IMG/VR virus record: IMGVR_UViG_3300023108_000014
Location: 1 to 64,000 of that record
DNA length: 64,000 nucleotides
From: a virus
Reading direction: 5' to 3' (one strand)
In this document: positions 12,001-19,933 of the stretch, piece by piece
Position numbering within the stretch: position 1 is the stretch's first letter
Layout of the letters: each line of letters opens with the position of its first letter
Position numbers and translations under genes: made by a program
The notes under the pieces: generated by a model
Database searches by the model: none
The model's input: the letters and a program-made list of their open reading frames with translations, nothing else
Told to the model about the DNA's origin: nothing

Positions 12001-12831
12001 ACACAGAGTAATACACTTAATAGTATCGATACTTCAAACTTAGAATTAGAAGCAACCTTCCTATTAAGTCGAGCCTATGCATTTGATGATTCTACTAATT
12101 TAGGAATACTATCTGCGTTTGACCTTGAAAGGACTTTTGCATTTGATAATATTCCATTCTTTGAACTAGATGCTTCAGACGTCATTGGTAAAAGTTTAGG
12201 ATTTATTGCAACTGCTTCTATTGAAATAGGAGACAGTGCAACTCAAAGTATTACAAGAACATTTGAAGATTCAACTAATTTAGGAATACTATCTGCGTTT
12301 GATTTAGAGCGTGCTTATGCCATTGAAAATGTTCCGTTTGTTGGTGTAGCAGCAAGTGATGAAGTACAAGTCCTATACAACTATACAGATTATACACATA
12401 ACCTAGGCGAACTAGAAATTGAAGCAACAACTTCACATAGTGTGACCAAAGCATTTACAGATGATTCTCAATTAGACATTGATGCAAGTGACATTGTAAA
12501 CAAAGGTTTTGTAATAACTGATACAGGTGCAGTTGATATAGACGCAGAAGATGCAGTAAGTAGAGCAAGAGTTATTTCATCAGAAGCGGCTGTAAGTCTA
12601 GATGCTAGTGATGTCGTTGTTTATGCTCGAACCTTTGTAACAGATTTAGAATTAGAAATAGGAACAAGCGATCAAGTAAGTCAAGGATATGTTTTAACTG
12701 ACGAAACAGGCCTTACAATTAGAGCAGTTGGCTTTATAAGAAGACCAGATGGTGATGAAGTGCGTCAGTTCTGGAGTAATTCAGGAGCCGCCTTGACTTT
12801 AAGTTCCGGGAAACAAATCTGGATCGAGTAG
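9085..12831 (+). CDS. large acidic repeat protein, probable fibre/virion protein, 1248 aa
   Basis: GGAGG SD and GTG start; ~120-aa N-terminal repeats (DGK.E[YW]P.FRP) and ~20-aa LEI.A.D periodicity. Confidence 0.55.
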   Translation: MSTISENTIAESAVADTSVNQGQYLFEFEVAELVVSATDNQSSGTVRSDDGATVYDHFRPAIQALQSQQASLEINEDTDVTVIHNIEDTATFSLVNADSAYEFEGLILEFQDDFPGLPVGPITVNAIGDIQYEGAQNFQPALVELSINATDDTIKSTSRITQGALEIGVADNDDGRAAYVRPEDGKEEWPWFRPALSVRLTETSELSLGALAGDSTAYLFASIGLDRLDRYAHLPILTISYNPIGALQYEGPMDYQPSIGNLEIAGTSEDVKSVQRITTGVLEIGATDNQGPGTVRIEDGKTEYPHFRPALEVERSYVTELTFGALGGDSTAYFFASAGIDRLPNYAGIPISPISFNPIATLQYEGIMDYQPSGGSLTLDVDDAIANISVIVDTATLEIGVDWNDGAGVVRDSDGKTEYPYFRPVLEVDRSNVTFKSLAATSEEYKFEFSIEYQTLTGAGIPIGPISYSSIAEEQQIAGALANFIAVADTIALEISATGVLGQGRQTYNFNTESVGLEVAADDTVVAVYPRTEITALEIAASDTIGKAFNYYDSASLGILTPTSIISISTTIEVTPLVVGASSVVEKTFNIVDSTALEIDSTQQTEVTYSQPTSTISNEIDASDTPNIIYIPYQGIKPTQSLSVSSSYRNISQSAAEYVLEFSSTTNPLVTRFADIVNTQRNNTGYDLNDSEVYITFWNQGTIQHAIRHASVSQTSVGSRSYYNYNEPRVQVSTLNSNQSLVIDTNPRAISITAATFNGVAYNLSTSGFDFDEIRYYQGDPADSDDVLLWSASIYTDIEIADTATFGFTIGVEDTVELEISDTSVENVLYNYTDYTHNLGELEIDETHVTSVLYNYTDYTHNLGELELSASSVESQTYKFEDTTNLGILSASDNEITYVFDNTPFFEMDASETQSNTLNSIETSNLEIEATATIIRAYVFDDTASLGILSASDNEITYAFDNIPFFELDASETQSNTLNSIDTSNLELEATFLLSRAYAFDDSTNLGILSAFDLERTFAFDNIPFFELDASDVIGKSLGFIATASIEIGDSATQSITRTFEDSTNLGILSAFDLERAYAIENVPFVGVAASDEVQVLYNYTDYTHNLGELEIEATTSHSVTKAFTDDSQLDIDASDIVNKGFVITDTGAVDIDAEDAVSRARVISSEAAVSLDASDVVVYARTFVTDLELEIGTSDQVSQGYVLTDETGLTIRAVGFIRRPDGDEVRQFWSNSGAALTLSSGKQIWIE
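11739..12300 (+). repeat. intragenic tandem repeats with 180-nt period
   Basis: TTTAGGAATACT at 11739, 11919, 12099 and 12279; 11739-11876 is nearly identical to 11919-12056. Confidence 0.85.
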
Positions 12832-13014
12832 TTCCTCTGTGCATTCGTCTACTCTAAAATTTATATCCTCATAATCAGGATTATCTTTTATTAAATTCAT
12901 TATCCATTCTTCTGCCAGTTCTTCAGTTAGATGGCTTGAACGAAGACTCCATTCATCATTTTCTTCATTGGTTTGTTCATACACTTCATAAAAAATGTTT
13001 TTTTTAGTTTCCAT
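12799..13014 (-). CDS. small acidic hypothetical protein
   Basis: ORF with GGAG SD on the minus strand. Confidence 0.55.
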   Translation of the reverse strand: METKKNIFYEVYEQTNEENDEWSLRSSHLTEELAEEWIMNLIKDNPDYEDINFRVDECTEELLDPDLFPGT

Positions 13015-13145
13015 ATATACTCCAAGGTTAACCCCTGCTTATTTTTACAGCACATCAAGTTCAAAATTGTGTAACTGAGATTTCATAAGCAAGGGTTTTT
13101 TTAATATTACTATACAGGCTATGCCCGAAAATTACTTAGTGTTTA

Positions 13146-13448
13146 CTATTTTTTATTTATGCTGCCGCTTACAAAGTTATAAAACTTTTCGGCTGTTTCT
13201 AATACTGTATCAGCACCTGGTACATCTGGCATAGTAACTTCTGTCACGACTGTGTCGCCGTCTTTTTTTACATTAGTTTCCCATGCTCCCCATTTCGCAT
13301 GATAGTCTTGCCAGGCTTGTGCTTGGGCAAACTCTAGAACTTTTGTTCTAATTTCATATCCATTTTTGTTTGTTTTTACTTGTGGAATTGCTAACTTCAT
13401 CATGTTAGACATTTGTTCCATCATTTCAGTAGAAAATTTACTGTCCAT
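13146..13448 (-). CDS. hypothetical protein (KNGYEIRT motif)
   Basis: GAGGAG SD; own sigma70-type promoter. Confidence 0.7.
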   Translation of the reverse strand: MDSKFSTEMMEQMSNMMKLAIPQVKTNKNGYEIRTKVLEFAQAQAWQDYHAKWGAWETNVKKDGDTVVTEVTMPDVPGADTVLETAEKFYNFVSGSINKK

Positions 13449-13495
13449 ACTTTTTTTCTCCTCTGTATGTGTGTGTTGGCTACATTACCTCTAAT

Positions 13496-13524
13496 AATAT
13501 AGCATAGATATTTATTTATGTCAA
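13496..13524 (-). promoter_or_regulatory. sigma70-type early promoter
   Basis: Minus strand TTGACA-N17-TATATT. Confidence 0.7.
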
Positions 13525-13540
13525 GAAAAAAAGAGCGCCT

Positions 13541-13726
13541 TTATTTAGACGCTCTAATAGATTTGATTTGCATCATACAGTGTTTTGCTTCTTCATGAAG
13601 CCCCATGCGAGCAAGTTCTGATGCTGCTCTACTATAACCGATGATTTCACAGGTATTATATAATCCGCTCCAAAAACCTTGTAGTGGTGCGAAGGTGTAT
13701 TTCATTACTGTATCCATTACACCCAT
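13541..13726 (-). CDS. small hypothetical protein
   Basis: Translationally coupled to the DUF1127 gene. Confidence 0.6.
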   Translation of the reverse strand: MGVMDTVMKYTFAPLQGFWSGLYNTCEIIGYSRAASELARMGLHEEAKHCMMQIKSIRASK

Positions 13727-13953
13727 CCTTTCAAGTTTGCGTTTACAACATCATTATAATGTTGGTCAGCTAGATAGCGGATGTCTCCACGTGAAAGGCC
13801 AATGTCTGCTAGGTCTTTGTTGTCTAGTGCTGATAGTTCGTTGATTGTTGCTCTACGAACTTGTGCGGCTTGAACCTTTACGGTTAATGTTTTGAGCCAT
13901 TTGGCAAAGCCGCCGCCAAAAAACCCAAGTGTGTTTGCTACCAATGTAGTCAT
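13717..13953 (-). CDS. DUF1127 (YjiS-like) small protein
   Basis: RRATINELSALDNKDLADIGLSRGDI matches the DUF1127 signature; AAGGA SD before ATG at 13953. Confidence 0.85.
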   Translation of the reverse strand: MTTLVANTLGFFGGGFAKWLKTLTVKVQAAQVRRATINELSALDNKDLADIGLSRGDIRYLADQHYNDVVNANLKGWV

Positions 13954-14118
13954 TTTGTGTTTCCTTGTATATATGTATATGTGTGATCCGAGTCTAACAA
14001 CCGTTAGTTTTACTCCTTGTACAAGTATATTTAACACGTACAGCCGTGAAAAACAAGTGCGAATAGCGTAGACCCGCTATGCGCTACACGCAACTGTGCG
14101 TATGTGCGCAGCACATAA

Positions 14119-14301
14119 CTATCTAATGTTGCGATAATCTATAGGCTGGCCTGTTAGCATACATTCAAGAACGTATGCCTGATCACCCTTTTGAAATTCT
14201 GCCTGAACATATTTTTCAATAGGATATAAGTTTTCTTTTTGTTTTTTTGGTAGTCTGACCGCAGTCATTACACTACCAAGCATGTTTGCTAAGTTTGTCA
14301 T
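14119..14301 (-). CDS. small hypothetical protein
   Basis: GGAG SD before ATG at 14301; minus-strand ATAAATA upstream. Confidence 0.6.
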   Translation of the reverse strand: MTNLANMLGSVMTAVRLPKKQKENLYPIEKYVQAEFQKGDQAYVLECMLTGQPIDYRNIR

Positions 14302-14412
14302 TGTTTTCTCCAATATGTAATGCTGTCTTATATGGCGGACGCCCGTTGTCTTTTCAACGTGTCAGGTCGAAGGTGTGAATAACTTCTCTTTTCTGGCCGT
14401 TCTATTTATCTA

Positions 14413-14430
14413 TTGTCATAATTCTGTTAC
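14413..14430 (+). promoter_or_regulatory. Pho box (PhoB-binding site)
   Basis: TTGTCAT-AATT-CTGTTAC: two half-sites 11 bp apart matching CTGTCAT-A(A/T)A(T/A)-CTGT(C/A)A(C/T), upstream of a phosphate-transporter-like gene. Confidence 0.7.
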
Positions 14431-14522
14431 AAATTTTTTACTTGACAGTTACTAAGTAATCGTGTAACTTGCAGTTACATTTGTGAGCGACGGGGTAAAG
14501 CCGTCAAGCAAAGGAGAAAGAA

Positions 14523-15494
14523 ATGGAACTACTCACACTATGGAGCCTTGTTGGCTTCTTGCTTGCTGCCTACGCAGTTATAGCAAACGATTCAGTACAA
14601 ACGCTCGGTACTTGGATGGCATCAAACAATGAGCGATTCAACTACAAAGTACTATGGGCAGCCGCTTCGGCTGTTTTATTATATACACTCTGGTATGGAT
14701 GGTATATGAACGGAGGTGACATCAGTTATGGACGCCTAAACAAAATACCATTCCAAGAAGTACAATGGTATCACGCAGCCGCACCTGCTATACTGGTGTT
14801 GCTAACACGAATGGGTGTGCCAGTTAGCACAAGTTTCCTGGTGTTGTCAGTGTTTGCTAGTACCTTTGTACTAGAGAAGATGCTTATGAAATCTATTATG
14901 GGTTATGGTGTAGCAGCCGCATTTGCATATGCGGTATGGTTTGCAATACACAAATACTTTGGCAAATGGTATGATGAAACACAACCAGTAAGCGAAGGCA
15001 ACAAAAAGTTTTGGCGCATAGCACAATGGGTGGCCACAGGTGGTTTATGGTTTACTTGGTTATCACATGATGTAGCAAACATCGCAGTGTTCTTACCAAG
15101 ACAAGTGCCTGTGGACCTAATGGTGTTTATCAGCATTGTGTTTGTCGCTGGATTGTTCTTTATGTTTAGAGAGCGTGGCGGACGTATCCAAAAGATTGTA
15201 TTAGAAAAACACAATACAAGATATGTTAGATCAGCAACACTGATTGACTTGTTCTATTGGTTGTGCTTGTACTTCTTTAAGGAACTAAATGACATTCCAA
15301 TGAGTACAACATGGGTGTTCGTAGGCTTGTTAGCAGGACGTGAGTTGGCTATGGCAACATACTTTGGTAAGAAGAAAACAAAGAGTGTGTTTCCACTAGT
15401 AGCAAAAGACTTTGGTAAGATGATGGTAGGCTTAGGTGCTTCAGTTGCACTAGTCCTTGCTATACATTACATTATTCTACCAAGCGGACTGTAA
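14523..15494 (+). CDS. PiT/PHO4-like inorganic phosphate (anion) transporter
   Basis: ~9-10 hydrophobic segments; duplicated signatures IANDSVQT..PVSTS and SHDVAN..PMSTT. Confidence 0.7.
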   Translation: MELLTLWSLVGFLLAAYAVIANDSVQTLGTWMASNNERFNYKVLWAAASAVLLYTLWYGWYMNGGDISYGRLNKIPFQEVQWYHAAAPAILVLLTRMGVPVSTSFLVLSVFASTFVLEKMLMKSIMGYGVAAAFAYAVWFAIHKYFGKWYDETQPVSEGNKKFWRIAQWVATGGLWFTWLSHDVANIAVFLPRQVPVDLMVFISIVFVAGLFFMFRERGGRIQKIVLEKHNTRYVRSATLIDLFYWLCLYFFKELNDIPMSTTWVFVGLLAGRELAMATYFGKKKTKSVFPLVAKDFGKMMVGLGASVALVLAIHYIILPSGL

Positions 15495-15502
15495 AAAAAC
15501 AC

Positions 15503-15531
15503 TTGACAGGCCCTTCGGGGCCTGTTATAAT
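15503..15531 (+). promoter_or_regulatory. consensus sigma70 promoter whose spacer is a UUCG hairpin
   Basis: TTGACA-GGCCCTTCGGGGCCTGT-TATAAT. Confidence 0.75.
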
Positions 15532-15536
15532 GGCTT

Positions 15537-15773
15537 ATGATACAAGATTGGAATATAAGAGATATCTGTAGAACCATAGGCAAGATTACTTGGGCTGCAA
15601 CTGATCCTAGAATGGACGGATATGTAACTTGGGGATGTAAAAGAGATTTATATGAAGTTTTATTTTTTATACAAAAAGAACTAGACAAATGCGGCGACTA
15701 TGGTAGTACAGAAGAAGAATATCTTAAGAAACACGACCAGGAGATGATGCTCAAAGCATTAGGTAAACGATGA
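15537..15773 (+). CDS. hypothetical protein
   Basis: ORF immediately after the promoter (possibly leaderless). Confidence 0.65.
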   Translation: MIQDWNIRDICRTIGKITWAATDPRMDGYVTWGCKRDLYEVLFFIQKELDKCGDYGSTEEEYLKKHDQEMMLKALGKR

Positions 15774-15940
15774 ATAGAGTAGAAGGTTACGAACAACGTA
15801 TTGTATATGTAGATGGTGACACTGCAAAGTGTTCTGGTGAAAATAACGATCATCCGCTTACATATTACAAAGTGCCGCACGATGGCTATGTAGTGTGTGG
15901 TTATTGTGACATATTATTTGCTAGAAAAGAAAACGAATGA
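15770..15940 (+). CDS. zf-CHCC zinc-finger protein (NDUFS6-like), 56 aa, not in ORF track
   Basis: CSGENNDHPLTYY...VCGYC = C-H-C-C ligand pattern; ATGA overlaps at both ends. Confidence 0.8.
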   Translation: MNRVEGYEQRIVYVDGDTAKCSGENNDHPLTYYKVPHDGYVVCGYCDILFARKENE

Positions 15941-16683
15941 AGATAGGAATTGCAGGTTACGGCTTTGTAGGACAAGCACACGAAAGTGTTTTTAGGGAAT
16001 CGCATACTATTATTATAAGTGACCCTGCTAAACAACACTATGGTGACTTGCGACATGCTGATATGTTGATAATTTGTGTGTCGACTCCAGAAGCAGACGA
16101 CGGCAGTTGTGATATAAGCAATGTTTTAGATGTGTTACGCAATGCTCCAGACGTACCTATTCTTATTAAAAGCACAATTAGTTTAGAAGGATGGAATACA
16201 ATACAAGAACTGTATCCTGATAAACAAATTAGTTTTTCACCTGAGTTTTTGAGAGCAGCATCGGCACTAGAAGATTTTAAAAAATGTGATACTATTCTTA
16301 TAGGAGGCAATGGTTATTATGATTGGCAAACTCTTTTCCTAGATGCATTAGGTAATATTAACATTAGAGTGTTAGATGTAGAACAACTTATACTAGTTAA
16401 ATATTTCCGTAATAGTTTTCTTGCTGCAAAAGTTGCATTTTTCAATCAAATATTTGACATGTGTCAAAAGCTTGATATTGATTATGAACCTGTTAGGAAA
16501 GAGATTACACATGACGAGCGCATTGGCGAAAGTCATACAAATATTACACAGGATAGGGGGTTCGGAGGACATTGTTTTCCAAAAGATACAGCGGCTATAC
16601 TTACTACTGCAAAATCTGCAGGAGTAGATTTATCGATACTGCAAGAAGCAGTAGATTACAATAACACATTTAGGAATGACTGA
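15937..16683 (+). CDS. UDP-glucose/GDP-mannose dehydrogenase family protein
   Basis: GYGFVG Rossmann motif, ICVSTP, IKST, FSPEFLR and GFGGHCFPKD catalytic motif. Confidence 0.9.
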   Translation: MKIGIAGYGFVGQAHESVFRESHTIIISDPAKQHYGDLRHADMLIICVSTPEADDGSCDISNVLDVLRNAPDVPILIKSTISLEGWNTIQELYPDKQISFSPEFLRAASALEDFKKCDTILIGGNGYYDWQTLFLDALGNINIRVLDVEQLILVKYFRNSFLAAKVAFFNQIFDMCQKLDIDYEPVRKEITHDERIGESHTNITQDRGFGGHCFPKDTAAILTTAKSAGVDLSILQEAVDYNNTFRND

Positions 16684-16714
16684 TACAGTCCGGGTTGTTA
16701 CGTAATAAACACGC

Positions 16715-16744
16715 AGGGGCCAACGGTAAGCCCCTCTTTCTTTC
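16715..16744 (+). terminator. putative intrinsic terminator
   Basis: AGGGGC-N9-GCCCCT followed by CTTTCTTTC. Confidence 0.5.
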
Positions 16745-16778
16745 AATATGCTAAATATAATATCAGGGAATTGAACCA

Positions 16779-17039
16779 ATGAGAAAAAGAACAAGAAGCA
16801 TACTTGAAGAACTTAATAATATACATCGCAAAGATAATAGTAACGAGTTTATTCAAACTACGGGTACTAGCATCATTGAAAGTGCAATCAATCTTTTAGG
16901 AAAAATTTACGACACCTATCCACAAGATCAAGCACTTGACTTGGAGCGCAGATTCCTTAATAGTATACGAAATTCTAATCCTAGAAAATTTTCCACAGGA
17001 GTAGAAAAAATCAAGGAGTCACAAAAAAATGATTCTTAA
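16779..17039 (+). CDS. hypothetical late protein
   Basis: TAAATA upstream; RSILEEL motif. Confidence 0.65.
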   Translation: MRKRTRSILEELNNIHRKDNSNEFIQTTGTSIIESAINLLGKIYDTYPQDQALDLERRFLNSIRNSNPRKFSTGVEKIKESQKNDS

Positions 17040-17826
17040 AGAAGGCGGAAATGTTTTTAAAACAGAAGAAGGTCCGCTCACACAGCGTATTCCTACATCA
17101 GCAGTAAGACCCACTGTTGATGCTATCGAAAAGATTACAGGTTTAGAGTTTGTCGACGACGACTTGTTAGGCACAACAGGTAAGAAAACAGATCCAGATG
17201 GCTCTTTTGAAAAGAACTCATCAGGAGACTTAGATCTAAACACTGACCTAAACAAGATAAGCAAAGACGAGTTAATTGCAAAACTTACTGCATGGTGCAA
17301 GAAGCAAGGTATTCCAGACAATGAAATAATGAATCAAGGTCGTAAGTTTACAAGCGGCTGGATACATAATGCTGGAGACCAAGTACACTTTCGTATGCCT
17401 ATTCAGGGTGGCGAAGGATATGTTCAAACAGACTTTATGTTTACACAAGATCCAGATTTCCAGCGTGGATCAAAGCGTGGAGGCACAGCAGCCTACAGTG
17501 GTAAAGATAGAGCAATACTTTTGTCTAGTATCGCACGAGGCAGAGGATATAAATTTAGTCCAAAGTTTGGCGTAGTTGATCCAGCCCAAGGTGATAAAGT
17601 TATTGGCAACAATTGGAACGACATTGCAGAATTGCTTCTTGGAAAAGGTGCAACAGAAAAAGATACTCACACTGTTGAAAGTATAATTGCATTCATAAGG
17701 AAAGATCCAAATTTTGACACACTAGTCGGTCCTTGGCTAGATACAATGGAAAAAGAAGGCAAAGGCCTACCTAATGAAAGTTTATCAGATAAACACCTAA
17801 AAAGAATTAAGGAACTTATTCAGTGA
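17029..17826 (+). CDS. Pol-beta-superfamily nucleotidyltransferase-like protein
   Basis: LLGTTGKK...SSGDLDL (hG[GS]..DhD-like) plus distal VQTDFM; N-terminal LKE-GGNVF. Confidence 0.6.
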   Translation: MILKEGGNVFKTEEGPLTQRIPTSAVRPTVDAIEKITGLEFVDDDLLGTTGKKTDPDGSFEKNSSGDLDLNTDLNKISKDELIAKLTAWCKKQGIPDNEIMNQGRKFTSGWIHNAGDQVHFRMPIQGGEGYVQTDFMFTQDPDFQRGSKRGGTAAYSGKDRAILLSSIARGRGYKFSPKFGVVDPAQGDKVIGNNWNDIAELLLGKGATEKDTHTVESIIAFIRKDPNFDTLVGPWLDTMEKEGKGLPNESLSDKHLKRIKELIQ

Positions 17827-18911
17827 GATATAAAGAGTTTCGTTTAGTAGAAGCACAGCAAGGTAGGGAATATAATCACCTCGAAGATCTTGTGTTTTTT
17901 GATGGTGCAGCAGGTGCAATGAAAGCTGCTGACACATTAGATCAACTAGGTCAAGGACAAGGCAAAGTTGCTATTAAATGGGACGGCAATCCAACTGTAT
18001 ATTTTGGCCGCGAGCCTGACGGTACTTTCGTACTTACTGGTAAAAACGGTTGGGGCAAAAACATGAGTACTGATGCTAATGATTTAGCACAGTTTATTAT
18101 GAACACAGGCAAAGGTGCCGAACAAGAACCATGGAGGAAAGATTTTGCTGCGGAGATGTCAGATCTATTTAAAATTATTGAAGCGGGATTTCCGAAGGAC
18201 TTTGAAGGATATGTTTACGGAGACTTGCTCTACACACCAAGAAAGCCGGCAACAAAGGGCAGAGCAGGAATTGAATTTACTCCTAACAAGGTTACTTACA
18301 GTGTAGATCCTAACAGTGAAATTGGTAAACGTATTGCAAATAGTAAAGTAGGCGTTGCATTACATGGCAAATATGATAGTTTTGGTGCAAAAGTAGGACA
18401 ACCTTTAGATGATGTCAAAGGCATACAAACAAATGATCTTGTTGCATTTGCACAAACATATGTGCCACATACACCTAAAGTAGATACAAAAGAAACAAAT
18501 GAAATTAGACAAATGGCAAAAGCCAATGCAAAATTTATTGATAGTTTTCTAGAGCCACAACAAGGTTTATCAGATCTTAAAAATATTATCTATACATTTA
18601 GTAACCAAACTGTAAAAGCACAAAAACTAGATCAAATTAATGTAGATGGATTTTTTAATTGGTTGAAAACAAGTAAAGTTAGTCAACCAAAACAAGTAAA
18701 GATATATGAAAAACACAAGCAAAGTCCTAAAAGTTTACCTGCAATCTTTGCGTTATTGAATAAAGTTGCAGCAGTAAAGAATCATATTATTGATCAATTA
18801 GATGATGCGCCTGCTGATATTAAACAAATGACTGGTGCTGAAAAGGGCGGCGAAGGATACGTTACTGGTAAAGTTAAATTAGTACCTAGACACCGTTGGA
18901 GACCTGATTAA
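17823..18911 (+). CDS. DUF6267-like protein with RNA/DNA-ligase-fold motifs
   Basis: HLEDL, KWDG (motif I KxDG), YGDL, EGYV (motif IV), VKLV.R (motif V). Confidence 0.6.
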   Translation: MRYKEFRLVEAQQGREYNHLEDLVFFDGAAGAMKAADTLDQLGQGQGKVAIKWDGNPTVYFGREPDGTFVLTGKNGWGKNMSTDANDLAQFIMNTGKGAEQEPWRKDFAAEMSDLFKIIEAGFPKDFEGYVYGDLLYTPRKPATKGRAGIEFTPNKVTYSVDPNSEIGKRIANSKVGVALHGKYDSFGAKVGQPLDDVKGIQTNDLVAFAQTYVPHTPKVDTKETNEIRQMAKANAKFIDSFLEPQQGLSDLKNIIYTFSNQTVKAQKLDQINVDGFFNWLKTSKVSQPKQVKIYEKHKQSPKSLPAIFALLNKVAAVKNHIIDQLDDAPADIKQMTGAEKGGEGYVTGKVKLVPRHRWRPD

Positions 18912-19020
18912 ACTTCGTTTTTCAGCCATAAACCCCTATAATTTTTCCTAAATGGTAAATACAATATAAGAGTTCCACTGAGCGTGGGACAGCCATAGAG
19001 TAAATTTTAAGGAGATTAAA

Positions 19021-19404
19021 ATGGCAGACGTATATTCAGTATCAGTTGGCTCAACAACAGTTGGCGCTAACGCAAGAACAACAGAAGTTGGTTTCGACCA
19101 CGGCACACCAGCACTAGGTTTTTACAAAATCACACTAACAGGTATCGAAACTTCATACACAGCAGCAAACAGCACATTTCATAAAGCAATTGCAGCACTA
19201 GAAGGTTTTGCAGAACTATATGGTGTAGGTACACCAGCATCAAGCAACGTTGTGTTTGTATGCAACGACAACTCAGCAAACGACGGTTCAACAGCAGGTG
19301 CTGCTGACGGTTCATGGGGTGCAGCAGAAGCAGCAATTGATGACGCAACAGGCGGAACATCAACAATCGCAGCAATCACAGCATCAGGTGCTTCTATCGC
19401 TTAA
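19021..19404 (+). CDS. abundant small virion protein (capsid decoration-like)
   Basis: Strong codon bias (GCA/ACA/TCA), AAGGAG SD, TAAATA promoter, 5' hairpin and own terminator. Confidence 0.55.
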   Translation: MADVYSVSVGSTTVGANARTTEVGFDHGTPALGFYKITLTGIETSYTAANSTFHKAIAALEGFAELYGVGTPASSNVVFVCNDNSANDGSTAGAADGSWGAAEAAIDDATGGTSTIAAITASGASIA

Positions 19405-19426
19405 TAAGCACAATAGGGCTAACCAG

Positions 19427-19456
19427 AGGGTTCACAATTTTGTGGACCCTTTTTTT
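19427..19456 (+). terminator. intrinsic terminator
   Basis: AGGGTTCACA-ATTT-TGTGGACCCT followed by a T run. Confidence 0.8.
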
Positions 19457-19473
19457 ATGGAATAAGTATTAAC

Positions 19474-19860
19474 ATGAGATGTAGTTTATATACCCTTGTT
19501 GATATAACTAGAACAGATGCACGTAAGGGCGATGATCCTTACGAATATAAGCAACAGCAAAATTATCTTACAGTAATTCAAACAGCAAGTTTAAGAGCAA
19601 ATGCCATCGTAAACGATGAACCTACTGTATCAGAAATAGAAACAGACAACCTAGACTTTGGAAAAAATGTAAAAGGTATGCATAGGGTATGGCAAGTGGA
19701 ATTTGAATATGAAAATGAATTTCCATTAGATGATTTAATCAACGATTTTGATTTAGTTCCAATAATAACTGATTTAGAAGAAACTAATAATTTCACGGTT
19801 TCTGCATTTTTGACTAATGGAAGTGCAGATAGAAATACTTTTGTTGTAAGAGATAAATAA
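19474..19860 (+). CDS. hypothetical protein
   Basis: ORF (TLVDIT..QQQN motif). Confidence 0.65.
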   Translation: MRCSLYTLVDITRTDARKGDDPYEYKQQQNYLTVIQTASLRANAIVNDEPTVSEIETDNLDFGKNVKGMHRVWQVEFEYENEFPLDDLINDFDLVPIITDLEETNNFTVSAFLTNGSADRNTFVVRDK

Positions 19861-19933
19861 TATTAGTGTGAAACACTTAGGCATCTACACAATTAAGGCC
19901 AACTTCGAGTTTACTTATAAGGAATAAAAAAGG

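Noticed and set aside
11570-12420. Regularly spaced repeats as a CRISPR array or DGR template/variable repeats
   Set aside because: The repeats are in-frame coding units, their differences are not adenine-specific, and no reverse transcriptase is present
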